NCBI GenBank assembly: GCA_035193785.1
Contig: CP136572.1
Span: 4,308,578 to 4,372,577, forward strand
From: Planktothrix sp. GU0601_MAG3
GTDB lineage: Bacteria; Cyanobacteriota; Cyanobacteriia; Cyanobacteriales; Microcoleaceae
Length of the DNA: 64,000 bases
Direction of reading: 5' to 3'
How positions within the stretch are numbered: the stretch's first letter is position 1; each line of letters starts with the position of its first letter. A program made the position numbers and the translations under genes. The notes beneath the pieces are model-generated. The model searched no databases, was not told where the DNA came from, and worked only from the letters and a program-made list of their open reading frames with translations. This document shows, piece by piece, positions 10,701 to 21,356 of this stretch.

Positions 10701-12117
10701 AATCCAAAATCTAACTAATATTCAAGACCAACTCTATGTTCAACCCCAACGTCGCCAAGAGTTTGTTCAACTTTTGGAAAAACAGGGGGCAATTGTTAGA
10801 TTTGAGTCTCAAATTCGACGCTTAGATGGACAGTTAACTTGGATTTCAGAAAATGCTTTTGCTGTTCGAGATGAAGCCGGAAACCTACTCCATTATGAAG
10901 GAACCGTTGAAGATATTAATGAGCGAAAACAAGCAGAATCCGCCCTACAAAGGGCAATGGAACAGTTAGAAATTCGGGTGGAAGAACGCACCGCAGCCCT
11001 ACGGGAAGCTAACCATCAATTAGTTCGAGAAGTTGCCGAAAGAAGCAGGATTGAAAATGCTTTACGAGAGTCTGAAGCTGAACTGAGAGCTTTATTTGCT
11101 GCAATGACGGATGTAATTACAGTGTTTGATTCAGAGGGAAGATATAAAAAGATTGTCACCACAAATTCAGAGGTTTTATATAGTCCCACAGAAGAACTGC
11201 TGGGGAAAACTGTGTTTGAAGTTTTTCCGGCTAGTCATGCCACTTTATTTTATAATCAAATTCAAGAAGTATTAAACACAAAGCAAACTTTAAATATTGA
11301 ATATAGTTTGGTTTCTGCTGAATATCAACCCGGACATCCTGGAACTAATTCATCTCCTTTGAATCCTGGAGATGAAGTTTGGTTTGCAGCAATGGTGTCT
11401 CCAATGCCGGATAATTGTGTGATTTGGGTGGCAAGAAATACAACGGAAAGGCGCAGGGTTTTAGAAGCATTACAAGCCGAACGGGAAAAATCGGAACGGT
11501 TATTATTGAATATTCTCCCTCCCTCCATTGCCGAACAACTAAAACAAAATCAGCATTCTATTGCCGAACGCTTTGAACAAGCTACGATTATGTTTGCGGA
11601 TATTGTGGATTTTACCGGATTTTCTTCTCGAATTTCTCCCTCAGAATTAGTCAATTTCTTGAATCAAATTTTTTCCGCTTTTGATGAATTAGCCGAAAAA
11701 CATCATTTAGAAAAAATTAAGACAATTGGAGATTCCTATATGGTAGCTGGCGGGTTACCCACCCCTCGCCATGACCATGTAGAAGCGATGGCAGAAATGG
11801 CTTTAGATATGCAGGCAGAAATTCGCCGATTTCAAGGGCAAATGGGTCAATCTTTTAATTTAAGAATTGGAATTAATACCGGGCCAGTGGTGGCGGGTGT
11901 AATTGGCACGAAAAAATTTATCTATGATTTATGGGGAGACGCCGTTAATATTGCTTCTCGCATGGAATCCCAAGGAGAAGCGGGTAAAATCCAAGTGACA
12001 GCCACTACTAAAAACCTTTTAAGTGGCAAATATGACTTTGAAGAACGGGGTTTAATTGATGTTAAAGGTCGAGGAGAAATGCTCACCTATTGGTTAACTA
12101 AACGTCGATTAGTATAA
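7766..12117 (+). CDS. AmiC/UrtA-type ligand-binding domain + multiple PAS domains + class III adenylate cyclase (split by indels)
   Basis: ATG at 7766 gives MPGVRVGLLHSLSG; EDGASD, FGCWTTASR, LWYP..YEGLE (UrtA/AmiC family); four 119-aa PAS repeats plus further PAS; cyclase motifs FADIVDFT, KIKTIGDSYM, YDLWGDAVNIASRMES. Confidence 0.88.
9150..10575 (+). repeat. Four intragenic tandem repeats of 357 bp (PAS units)
   Basis: Equivalent G(C/T)GGTTCC positions at 9171, 9529, 9886 and 10243; units 1 and 2 are nearly identical in DNA. Confidence 0.9.
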
Positions 12118-12191
12118 CAACATGAATGTTGGAATTAACCTCCTATTTCTTCAATAGGACTCACGCAAGATTACTAAACGAAATACAAAAA

Positions 12192-12663
12192 TTAGTTTTC
12201 AGATTCAACTTTTTCTGTATTTCCACCTTTAATCCATCCCGTGCGATCGCGATCGCTAAGAACCCGCACTTTTTGCCATTGTTTATCATCACTTTCTCCC
12301 AGAACAACCACTTTTTCCTGATAGGCAATGCCACCAATTCGGTTAGCCTCGGTACTGGGAGTATCGCGCAAAATCAAACCGATAGGCTGGGTCACAATTG
12401 CCTGATAAGCACCTGGTTCAAGTTTTTCTGCTTCTGGAGTTGGGGTTGGGGTAGGCGCGACCGCAGCTTGGGGAGTAACGGGCTTAGTAACTGGCTTCGC
12501 GGCTATATTTGCCTGGGGGTTATCATTAGGAAAGGTTGGACGTTCTGGCAGTTTCTGATAAACGGGCTGCAAAATATAAGGCGGTAGCGACCGTTGCACC
12601 CGCTAAAATCAAAATTGCTAGGAAAAAACCCACAATAAATTTAAAAACACCATAGAAACTCAT
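12192..12663 (-). CDS. Membrane-anchored SH3b-domain protein (indel near 12555)
   Basis: ATG 12663 starts a TM helix (MSFYGVFKFIVGFFLAILILAG); Pro-rich linker; GLILRDTPS...WQKVR...GWIKGGN. Confidence 0.8.
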
Positions 12664-12724
12664 AGTTTTTGGAACTGTTCTATACATAGGTTTTAAACCC
12701 CGATCAAAGATACCTATAATATCA

Positions 12725-14236
12725 TCAACCGGATAAGCGACGATTTAAACTACTCTGTCGAGAAGCCAGACGGGCTTTCCCCGCCGCCGCCCAATTTTGC
12801 AGAAACTCAATTTGTTCTTTCGCCGTTTTTGCTAAGGGAACAATTTGACTCGCTGCTTCTAAAATATCATCGGTGACGAAATCTCGGTTTTGACTAAAGC
12901 CAATGTGCATGGCTTCAATTAAAGTTTGTTCAATTTCCGCCCCGGAAAAATCCGGGGTTTCATAGGCTAATCGTTCTGTATCATAGTTTCTAATATTTTG
13001 GGGACGCAGTTTGGACAAATGCACTTCAAAAATAGCTTTTCGTTCCTCTTGATAGGGTAATCCTACAAAGAAAATTTCGTCAAATCGTCCCTTTCTTAAC
13101 ATTTCCGGGGGCAAAGATTGAATATTATTTGCCGTGGCTACCACAAAAACCGGGGAGGTTTTTTCGGCTAACCAAGTAATAAATGTCCCAAACACTCGAT
13201 TACTGGTTCCCGAATCTCCCCTACCATCTAATCCCGAAAAGGCTTTATCAATTTCATCAATCCATAACACACAAGGGGCTAGGGCTTCGGCTAATTGAAT
13301 CATTTGTCGGGTGCGAGATTCCGATTCTCCAACCAGTCCGGCAAATAGTCGCCCCACATCTAATCTTAATAGGGGTAAATGCCAATGGTGGGCGATCGCT
13401 TTTGCCGTTAAGGACTTTCCTGTTCCTTGAATTCCTACTAATAATAACCCTCTGGGATAGGGTAGGCCATATTGTCTAGCCCGTTCTGAAAAGGCCCCTC
13501 CCCGGCGTAATAACCAATCTTTTAAATTATCTAATCCCCCAATATCAGAAATATTTTCCTGGGCGGAATAGAAGTCTAAAATTTGAGTTTGACGAATGGT
13601 TTGGCGTTTTTCTTCTAAGATTAATTCAATATCATCGGCTTGTAATTCCCCATGGGTGGCGATTGCCTTAGCCAAAATTCGGCGAATCCTTTCCATCGAA
13701 AGTCCCTGACAGGAACGCACCATTTCATCTAATAAACGAGGTTCGATTGGATGTCCTGTGGAGATTAATAGCCGTTCTACTTCTGCCTTGATTTCTATTA
13801 GATTGGGTAAGGGAAATTCTAAAACTGTTAACACTTCACTCAAGTCAGAGGGAATAGAAATTTGGGGAGAAATAATCACCAAATTCTTAGGTTGGGATTT
13901 TAATTTTTTCGCTAAATTTCTTAATTTTCGCGAAATTGCAATATCATCTAAAAATCTATGAAAATCCCTCAGAATAAAGACGGCAGGCATTGCTTCGGGG
14001 AGTTTTTCTACAAATTCTAAGGCCTGTAACGGATTACGTTTTCCGGCCCCTAAATCATTAGGATTTCCCCCCTGATATCCTTCCACAAAATCCCAGACAT
14101 AAACCCCACGGTTGCCTTGATCTTTTGCCGCTTGTCTAATTACGGTTTCGACCCGTTCTTCTTCTAAAGTTGGAATGTAAATAATAGCGTAGCGCGATCG
14201 CAATAATAGCTTCAATTCCTGATTGAATTTACTCAT
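12725..14236 (-). CDS. ycf46: Ycf46-family AAA+ ATPase
   Basis: Walker A GIQGTGKS, Walker [20 protein letters not shown]-terminal LRDFHRFL. Confidence 0.9.
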   Translation of the reverse strand: MSKFNQELKLLLRSRYAIIYIPTLEEERVETVIRQAAKDQGNRGVYVWDFVEGYQGGNPNDLGAGKRNPLQALEFVEKLPEAMPAVFILRDFHRFLDDIAISRKLRNLAKKLKSQPKNLVIISPQISIPSDLSEVLTVLEFPLPNLIEIKAEVERLLISTGHPIEPRLLDEMVRSCQGLSMERIRRILAKAIATHGELQADDIELILEEKRQTIRQTQILDFYSAQENISDIGGLDNLKDWLLRRGGAFSERARQYGLPYPRGLLLVGIQGTGKSLTAKAIAHHWHLPLLRLDVGRLFAGLVGESESRTRQMIQLAEALAPCVLWIDEIDKAFSGLDGRGDSGTSNRVFGTFITWLAEKTSPVFVVATANNIQSLPPEMLRKGRFDEIFFVGLPYQEERKAIFEVHLSKLRPQNIRNYDTERLAYETPDFSGAEIEQTLIEAMHIGFSQNRDFVTDDILEAASQIVPLAKTAKEQIEFLQNWAAAGKARLASRQSSLNRRLSG

Positions 14237-14237
14237 A

Positions 14238-14437
14238 GAGAGGGGGAGTGGGGAGGCAGGGGGGCAGGGGGAGCAGGGGGAGCGGGGGGAGCAGGGGGAG
14301 GTGGGGGAGTAGGGGGAGCGGGGGGAGTAGGGGGAGCAGGGGGAGCAGGGGGAGTAGGGGGAGTAGGGGGAGCAGGGGGAGCAGGGGGAGCGGGGGGAGC
14401 GGGGGGAGCGGGGGGAGTAGGGGGAGGTGGGGGAGCG
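14238..14437 (+). repeat. G-rich 9-mer tandem array (GGGGGAGCA/GGGGGAGTA/GGGGGAGCG)
   Basis: About 20 imperfect units read directly. Confidence 0.95.
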
Positions 14438-14454
14438 AGCTTCCTTGCTTGCTG

Positions 14455-14513
14455 ACTATAAAGGGTTAACTATAAAGGGTTAACTATCAAGTGTTAACTA
14501 TTGTCAACTATCA
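14455..14513 (+). repeat. Short tandem repeat (ACTATAAAGGGTTA-like)
   Basis: actataaagggtta twice, then degenerate copies. Confidence 0.7.
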
Positions 14514-14524
14514 GTACCTCTGAA

Positions 14525-15025
14525 TTACTGTAGATTTTGCTTTAAATCTTGTAAAGAGGCCCAGCGTTGATCAAGAATAGGCTGGGATTCGGTTGATATC
14601 GGTTGGGGAAGTTCACAGGGCCCCTCACAGAGTTGGCGTAGCGGTAGGGCTAGGCACAATTGTTGATAGAGCCAATCCCCCAGTAAAAAATGACCTTGGG
14701 GGTGCAAACTTTCCACTGGTTCATCTAAAGAAATTTCTACCTCAGCTTTAGAAGCATCGACTTTATCTACCGAAACGTCCAACCAAATCAACTCAGAAGT
14801 ATCGACCTTCAACCGATGGTTATATTGTTTTAAACATCGGTCGCAGGTCAAATTCACAATAGTTTCCGCCTGCACCACCGCCTCGATATAAGTGGTTTTG
14901 TGACTAACCCGCATCCGACCGCGAATCGGAGTTAGGGTTTCTAAGTCTGGGAAAAACTCTTGAAACTCAAATTCTAAAGATCGGTTTTGTGTCCTGAGTA
15001 AATCTGGGATATAGATGGAGTCCAT
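14525..15025 (-). CDS. YceD/DUF177 family protein
   Basis: CDRCL motif and LCLALP..LC...C motif; typical position after jag. Confidence 0.9.
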   Translation of the reverse strand: MDSIYIPDLLRTQNRSLEFEFQEFFPDLETLTPIRGRMRVSHKTTYIEAVVQAETIVNLTCDRCLKQYNHRLKVDTSELIWLDVSVDKVDASKAEVEISLDEPVESLHPQGHFLLGDWLYQQLCLALPLRQLCEGPCELPQPISTESQPILDQRWASLQDLKQNLQ

Positions 15026-15078
15026 AATTATTTTCCCACCTGCCAACAATCAGCCAGGCTAAACAAAGTGTTCGGTGT

Positions 15079-15555
15079 CTAGCCTTTTATTTTAACCACC
15101 AAACGACGATCGGGTTCCTGTCCCCGACTATAGGTTTCCAAATCATTGCTTTCTTGGAGAAAGGAATGAATCAGACGTCTTTCTGCTGAGGATAGGGATT
15201 TAATTTCCACTTCTCCCCCGGTCTCTCGAACACGACTGGCTGCATGGTCGGCCAAGGCCCGCAGTTCTAAATAACGTTGAGTTCGATATCCGTTAAGTTC
15301 TATGGTGTAAGAGGTGCGATTTTCGTCCTCTTTGCCCAGGTTATGAATGGCGTTGAGTAAATATTGAATCGCATCTAAAACTTCCCCGTCCTGGCCGATT
15401 AAAGTTGCCACCTGTTCGGGGGTGAGATTAACTTGATCAATGGTTAACCAACAGGAATCCGCTTCTAAACTGGGTTTTACCTGGGAGGGAACCGCCCCTA
15501 ATTTGAGCAATTCCTCCAACCATTCTTGGCCCTGTTGTATATCGCTATTATTCAT
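15079..15555 (-). CDS. Jag/KhpB-like KH + R3H RNA-binding protein
   Basis: LIG..GEVLDAIQYL, LSSAERRLIH (R3H), SRGQEPDRRLVV. Confidence 0.9.
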   Translation of the reverse strand: MNNSDIQQGQEWLEELLKLGAVPSQVKPSLEADSCWLTIDQVNLTPEQVATLIGQDGEVLDAIQYLLNAIHNLGKEDENRTSYTIELNGYRTQRYLELRALADHAASRVRETGGEVEIKSLSSAERRLIHSFLQESNDLETYSRGQEPDRRLVVKIKG

Positions 15556-15557
15556 TT

Positions 15558-16716
15558 CTACGACTGCGCCTTTTTCTTAGAACGTCCCGGCTCAAAGGGT
15601 AATGCTTCTCGTTCCCCATCAACGGTTGCTAATTTAGCGGTCTTACTGGATTCTTCCACAATTTTTTGCAAGTGTTCGGGTAGAGGTTTCCCGCGACAAA
15701 ATAAATGCTTGAACCGTTTGGAAGATATTCGCAATCAGCATATACAGCAACACACCCGCCGGAAGGGGGAAGAAGAAAAACATCCCACTAAACAGTACGG
15801 GGGTAATTTTATTAACGGTATCCTGCTGAGGATTACCACTACTAGAACCTTGTCCAGACAGAACTTGGTTCAGGTATAAAGATACCCCAAAAGCCAGGAT
15901 CATCCCGACAATATCCCAGTGAATCTTACCATCGGGGTCAACGGCTCCGACCCGACCCAAGGCATCAATAAACAGAAATCCCTTATCCGAAGCTAATCCC
16001 CTCAGACCCACTTGAATCGTGGCATCTCCGGGTGCTAAGGCCAGGATTTGACCATTTTCACCGACTTGGATCTTATCTTCCCCCTTCAGAATTTTCCAGG
16101 TGGGGATTAGGTTTACGTCTGGATATTTCTCCAATTCCGATGTTAAGGGTTTACCGTCAACGGTTTGGAGTTCTACCCGTACCTTTTCGTTCACCCCCAC
16201 ACGATTACCACCGGGAATCATTGCCACAACGGAAGTATGAATTCCATCGGCAAAATAATAGTTTTGAGCTTTCGTGGCGTAGGCTTGGGGCTGAATTTGT
16301 TCTGTCTGTTCTTGGGGTAAAATCTGTAGGTCTACGCTGTAGTTGACATCAGAAAAGGGTGAACCCCGCAAAGTGGCAAACAGAGCAAAAAGAATCGGCA
16401 TTTGAATCAGCAGTGGGAAACATCCGGCTAAGGGGTTTCCTAGTTCTTTGTAGACTCTGCTCATTTCTTCCCGTTGTTTCACGGGATCGTCTTTATGCTG
16501 TTGTTGAATTTGATCAACCCGTTCTTTCATCAACGGTTGGGTGACTTTCATTCGCCGCATATTGCGAATGGAACCCGCATTCAAGGGGTAAAGCGCGAAG
16601 CGAACCACTAAGGTTAAGGCCACAATCGCTAAACCATAACTAGGCACGATCCCGTAGAAAAAATCTAGGATCGGCAACATCACATTATTGGAAAGAAACC
16701 CGATACCAAAGTCCAT
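15558..16716 (-). CDS. yidC: Membrane protein insertase YidC (indel near 15690)
   Basis: [28 protein letters not shown]; alternate frame continues [11 protein letters not shown]...[14 protein letters not shown] to a stop at 15558. Confidence 0.95.
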
Positions 16717-16861
16717 TCTTTTGAGTTTATTGAACTGCTTGCGTTAAATATATATAATTTTAAGAACCATCAGCCGACGCTGGATTAACAGGTTGGCGAC
16801 AACCCGCACCATCCGTCAGCTTTCAGGCTCAACACCGAAAAAACTGCATCCTTTTCCCAGA

Positions 16862-17255
16862 TTAGCGGCTGGTTGTCGCACTGGCTTTTTGGGCCTGGGG
16901 TGAGATCTTATCAAGGATAAAATCATAGGCTTCTCGAAATCGAGGAACGGCCCGCAGTTCCAGACGAGAACCATTTTTCAGGGTGACAACCATATCCCCC
17001 CAAGTCCCGAGTCCTCTGGGAAACCTTCACGATTTTGATGATTTCCGAATAGACAATATCGGTACGATCCTGTCCCATCCATCCACCAATCACGGAGATT
17101 CGGCGGTTGGTAATCCGATAGCGCAGCCATAAAGCCCGCACAATCGCCCCAATCGCCAGAGGGATGCCAATAACCGTCAGTCCTATTAATAGATTGATAA
17201 TGAGGTCGCCGATCGCTGGGCCTCCTTCATAAAAACTTTCCTCCCGTATACCCAT
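16862..17255 (-). CDS. Bacterial PH-domain protein (indel near 17020)
   Basis: MGIREESFYEGGPAIGDL...WLRYRITNRRISV; conserved between rnpA and yidC in cyanobacteria; alternate frame stops at 16862. Confidence 0.85.
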
Positions 17256-17631
17256 TTAAAACCTCTGCTTCTACCAACAACTTTTCTAATTCTTGCAGAA
17301 TTTCTGAATAATTGCACTGATCGGCTGTTGGTTTAACGACGATCACAACGTCCCAACCCGGCGAGATCAAGGGTAAAAACTGATGCCAAACCGCTCTAAT
17401 TTGACGTTTGATCCGATTCCGAACCACAGCCCGTTTACTCACTTTTTGACTTATGGAAATCCCCATCCTAGTCGGCTGAACACAGGACGAGTCGGTTGAA
17501 TTCCGTTCTGTTTTATGGGGTTGACCTCGTAGTGCCCTCAAGGTTAAATGAGGGGTTTTGCGATGCAGTCCTTTGCTATAGACGGCTTTGAAGTCTTTGG
17601 GATGTCGGAGTCGATTGATTTTCGGTAACAT
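17227..17631 (-). CDS. rnpA: Ribonuclease P protein component
   Basis: MLPKINRL, GISISQKVSKRAVVRNRIKRQIR (RNR motif). Confidence 0.96.
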   Translation of the reverse strand: MLPKINRLRHPKDFKAVYSKGLHRKTPHLTLRALRGQPHKTERNSTDSSCVQPTRMGISISQKVSKRAVVRNRIKRQIRAVWHQFLPLISPGWDVVIVVKPTADQCNYSEILQELEKLLVEAEVLNGYTGGKFL

Positions 17632-17740
17632 TAATTAGGTACTGCTACCCACAAATTCAAAATTTCCTTTAGCTTGATCATCAGGAGGGCAATGAGTTCG
17701 TGGGAATAGCAATAGGTTTTCTTGAATTGGGATCAAGTAA

Positions 17741-17878
17741 TTAAAACGTTAAACGCGCCCGTCCTTTCCTGCGACGAGCTTTGATAACTGCTTGACCGTT
17801 TTTTGTCCGCATTCGTACTCTGAAGCCAGAAACTCTTTTCTTTTTGCGGTTCGTTCCTTGCAGGGTTTGTTGAGCCAT
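17741..17878 (-). CDS. rpmH: 50S ribosomal protein L34 (absent from ORF track)
   Basis: Hand translation [50 protein letters not shown] Shine-Dalgarno upstream. Confidence 0.97.
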   Translation of the reverse strand: MAQQTLQGTNRKKKRVSGFRVRMRTKNGQAVIKARRRKGRARLTF

Positions 17879-17994
17879 TACTTACCTCCGGTGCCTTTTT
17901 GTTAATTTGTTAATCAAAAGTCACAATTTTTCAGTGTATCACATCTTTGAGACTTTGGATGCCGAGTGTAAAAAGCTTCGGAGCAACCAGAATA

Positions 17995-18504
17995 TTAATC
18001 AATACTCAAAATCCAAGTTCCCACATAACGCAACATCGGCAAATCCCCAGGGGAGCGAATATTGGCGTTAAAGTTGAAGACGCCCCCAAAGGTGGGATTT
18101 TTGACGTTGGAGAGAACTATTTCTACCTTAGTCCCCGCCGGAATGGGTTCTTGGGGGTAAATTTGGATGATATGGTTTTCTTTATCCCAAATCACATCTT
18201 CTAAGGGAATGGGTTCATCTTCGAGTCGAATTTCTACTGATTTAGGATCAATTTTGCCTTTATAGTATTTGGGGTAGGTGATGGAAACTTCGGCGATCGC
18301 TAAATTCAACTTATCGGCTGGAAGTCTGAGTTTATAACGATCCCATTCTCCCGACCGTCCGCTTTGGAGAAAATAATTTAAGATGTTGGTTTTATCGGGG
18401 CCACTCAATAGGGTCATCCCGGGTAAACCCTGGGCTTGGGTGATTTTAGCTAAACCTGTCAGGGCTAAACCCGTTATTAATAGTGCAGAAAATAGTCGTC
18501 GCAT
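17995..18504 (-). CDS. DUF2808 family secreted protein
   Basis: Signal peptide; VEIVLSNVKNP..GG.F.FNA...PGD.P..RYVGTW; usual neighbour of rpmH in cyanobacteria. Confidence 0.85.
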   Translation of the reverse strand: MRRLFSALLITGLALTGLAKITQAQGLPGMTLLSGPDKTNILNYFLQSGRSGEWDRYKLRLPADKLNLAIAEVSITYPKYYKGKIDPKSVEIRLEDEPIPLEDVIWDKENHIIQIYPQEPIPAGTKVEIVLSNVKNPTFGGVFNFNANIRSPGDLPMLRYVGTWILSID

Positions 18505-18731
18505 ATAGGCTCCTGTAAAAAAAATTAAATTTTGTTTAAATTTTACCAACTATATCAAAAATAGGTTAAATGATTAAAAATCTACATCGACCAAATACGC
18601 GGGTAATTATAACATTTTTCGGGTTTTTGTGCAACAATTCTTTGAAGGGGAATAAATTCCCTCACAGTTTTATCTCCACAAGTGTTAAGCAAGAGTTATT
18701 AAATTTAATAGAACAGTTACCTGAGCATTCT

Positions 18732-18956
18732 TTAGCTAACAGGGGCAAGGTTTTCAGCCAAATAGTTTTCTAAAAAGGTTTGGGGAGAAATACCCTGTTT
18801 TTGAGCTTCGGCTTCGAGTTGGCGAATCATCCAGAGGGGTAAATTGAGTTCTATTTTTTGCTTTTCTCGGTTGGGTCGTCTGGCGGTCGAGAAATCCATA
18901 AATTCGGTGAGGTCTTCACCTGCATCAAATTTTGCGTCAAATTCTTCGGCTTTCAT
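18732..18956 (-). CDS. BrnA/CopG-like antitoxin
   Basis: MKAEEFDAKFDAGED...ARRPN...LPLWMIRQLEAEA...GIS; overlaps the upstream toxin gene. Confidence 0.85.
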   Translation of the reverse strand: MKAEEFDAKFDAGEDLTEFMDFSTARRPNREKQKIELNLPLWMIRQLEAEAQKQGISPQTFLENYLAENLAPVS

Positions 18957-19209
18957 ACCATATAACCTCATTGGGACGGGAACGGCGGACGGAAATAATT
19001 CGGATATTTTTGAATCTGTAAGTGATAACGGCTGTCCAGTGTTTTTCCTTCACTTTGCCAATGACTAAAAAACGCGATTCTGTTTCGCTTGTAGCCTGAA
19101 TTTCCAACAAGTCATCGTCTTGCCAAAGTTGTTGGGCGTCGATGAAGTCTATGCCGTGTTTTTGTTGGTTGGTTCGACTTTTATTGTCGTCATATTCAAA
19201 GCTATACAT
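18937..19209 (-). CDS. BrnT family toxin
   Basis: FEYDDNKSRTNQQKHGIDF, RF.VIG, IRIISVRRS. Confidence 0.92.
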   Translation of the reverse strand: MYSFEYDDNKSRTNQQKHGIDFIDAQQLWQDDDLLEIQATSETESRFLVIGKVKEKHWTAVITYRFKNIRIISVRRSRPNEVIWYESRRI

Positions 19210-19339
19210 GGTTAGCCTTGGGGAATGGTCTCTAGGAGGTTGGCAAATCCGTGTTTGTTACGGGTTTCGGTCAGGGTGTAACTGTTCATTTTCTGAGCTT
19301 TTTGACTGTTTTGTACATTTTAGCAGTTTTATTAGGTGA

Positions 19340-19858
19340 TTAGTTAATCCTGTAGGGGGTCTACCTATCTTTTTCCAAGGATTAGGAGAAAAAAGAGCAT
19401 TAGGAGTGGGGATTACTTTTGGTGTAGTTTATGTTCTTTGCATAATCTTAGCATTTAATAAAATAAAAAGTCAGAATTTAATTTCTGAAATAGCTGTTTT
19501 CAACCTAATTGCTCTGAGCATCACCAGTTTTTTAAGTATTGCTGGATCTAGCTTTTTAACCCGTAAATTATTCAGAGGTTATGGCAGTATAAAAGGAGAT
19601 ATATTTATTGCAGGTACAGCTTTAATTCCTATATCATTATTAATTTTAATTTCTTACTTTTTGGGTTTTATCAACTTGGAAATCATTGCTATTTTTGCTG
19701 TAATAGCTATGACTTATACGATTTTAATGATTTACACAGGATGTCATCAAATTTCAAAAATACCTGAAAATGGAGCGGCTTTAGCTGTATCAGTCATGTT
19801 AATTCTTAGTGGATGGCTATTGAAAATTTTAGTTGTTTCTAATTTAATCTCAAAATAG
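19340..19858 (+). pseudogene. Probably 5'-truncated multi-TM protein
   Basis: Frame is open from 19340 (LVNPVGGLPIFFQGLGEKRALGVG...) with no ATG and a TGA just before; about five hydrophobic helices. Confidence 0.5.
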
Positions 19859-19884
19859 GCTTAATATTTGAGATAGAAGAAGAA

Positions 19885-19942
19885 GGGCGGGTTTAGTGAA
19901 ATCTTTGATGGGTATTCAATATCAGGGTGAACCCGCCCCTAC
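19885..19942. repeat. REP-like palindromic element, family A
   Basis: GGGCGGGTT...AACCCGCCCCTAC inverted arms. Confidence 0.8.
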
Positions 19943-20004
19943 GGAGATTTTGTGGATTTAACCGGATATCATATCAACATTATCCCTTTTATGAGCAAAT
20001 TCTA

Positions 20005-20515
20005 ATGCTGAACAATTTTGGTAAATTTTTAATTGTATCAATCATTTCATTGATTGAATTAATTGGCAATTCTACATCAGTCTTAGCGCAGTCTACCGCA
20101 GTTCCCATGAGGTTACAACATGGTGAAGGAATTTATACAATGACTGTTCCTGACCGAGATACAACTCGTGCTGCTTATGGGGGAAAATTGAGGCTTTATG
20201 ATGTGCATATCGCTAAAATGTTTGAAGTGACTTATTATGATTGTCAACAGATTAATGCCGGATCAAGAACTTGGTTATATTATGCTGGTAATGGTCAAAT
20301 TAATATGGGGGAATTCTTTATTAGTTGTGACATGGCGAATCGAATGGTTAACCGCTATGGTTTAGGTCAACCTGAATCAACAGTAATTGAATACTCTCAA
20401 GAAGAAGCTGGGCCACCCATTCCTAGAACTCGTTTCTATTGAGATTTTAGATATTACAGGTTCAAAGGTCGATTCATGGATTGATTTTGTACAGGGATTT
20501 AGGCCTGTTCGTTAA
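20005..20515 (+). CDS. Hypothetical secreted protein (indel near 20435)
   Basis: Signal-like N terminus ending VLAQ; alternate frame continues IEILDITGSKVDSWIDFVQGFRPVR to a stop at 20515. Confidence 0.65.
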
Positions 20516-20569
20516 ATTAGTATTATGCTGATAGCTAGAATTTAATTTCACTTAATAAAAAGTAGGGAT

Positions 20570-20628
20570 GGGGCGGGTTTATTAAGATTGGGGTGATGTG
20601 ATGGAGGTTGACTCGAACCCGCCGCTAC
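20570..20628. repeat. REP-like palindromic element, family A
   Basis: GGGGCGGGTT...AACCCGCCGCTAC. Confidence 0.75.
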
Positions 20629-20675
20629 AGTTGGGGGATTTAATCAGAAGGGAAAGTGTGAGTGTTGTCAGTGTC

Positions 20676-20740
20676 AGAAACTGGGTTTCTCAATAGATGT
20701 TGATGGGATACAATTAACTTTAATTAGAAACCCGGTTTCT
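20676..20740. repeat. REP-like 65-bp element, family B (two AGAAACCSGGTTTCT palindromes)
   Basis: agaaactgggtttct...agaaacccggtttct; related copies at 21292, 26657 and 55113. Confidence 0.88.
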
Positions 20741-20768
20741 TGACTTGAGATGAGAGCGATCGCTCGTG

Positions 20769-21224
20769 CTAATCTTCTTGAGCATCATCTGATAAAATAT
20801 ATTCATCCTCAAAAACCTCTGACCAAGACAGCGAGGTTAATCGACATTTTTTCCCCATTTCATCCTCAGTATCCTTCACCGCATTCTCAAAGCATTTATC
20901 CCAGATAGACTCAAGAAAATTACGATTCAAACTCGGTATTTCTTCTTGACTTTCTTGAATTTCTCGACGGGCTGAACGAATACTAATAGTCCAACTAGAA
21001 CTGCGTTTTTGAGGTTGACATTTCCATTTAATAACGTGAAGCATTAAGCGAATTAGCTGGCTTTTGACGGCTCTTTTTTCAGTTCTTCCCATTGCTTCAA
21101 TTAGAGATTCTAAACCTTCCGTTGCTTCCATAGATTTTCCTTCTTTGAGAAGTTTATGGACGTTGACAGCCGTTTGATAATGAGAACACACTGCTAACCA
21201 GTCCCAATCTTGTTTAGTCAGCAT
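20769..21224 (-). CDS. DUF29 family protein
   Basis: LIEAMGRTEKRAVKSQLIRLMLHVIKWKCQP..RSSSW.ISI..AR.EI...PSL. Confidence 0.9.
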   Translation of the reverse strand: MLTKQDWDWLAVCSHYQTAVNVHKLLKEGKSMEATEGLESLIEAMGRTEKRAVKSQLIRLMLHVIKWKCQPQKRSSSWTISIRSARREIQESQEEIPSLNRNFLESIWDKCFENAVKDTEDEMGKKCRLTSLSWSEVFEDEYILSDDAQED

Positions 21225-21291
21225 GGCTATTTCCTTAATATTACTAATATTCATCAATTTATCATAACTAATAGGATTTGGAGAAACTCTG

Positions 21292-21356
21292 AGAAACCGG
21301 GTTTCTGAATAAATCTGGATGGGATGTAATTAATCTCAATTAGAAACCAGGTTTCT
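21292..21356. repeat. REP-like 65-bp element, family B
   Basis: agaaaccgggtttct...agaaaccaggtttct; direct copy 616 bp from the 20676 element. Confidence 0.88.

Noticed and set aside
14248..14469. GSRGSR-repeat ORF
   Set aside because: Translation of the G-rich 9-mer array on the strand opposite the operon.
14525..18504. rpmH-rnpA-yidC-jag cluster as an oriC marker
   Set aside because: No dnaA or DnaA-box cluster seen; this gene order is ordinary in cyanobacteria.
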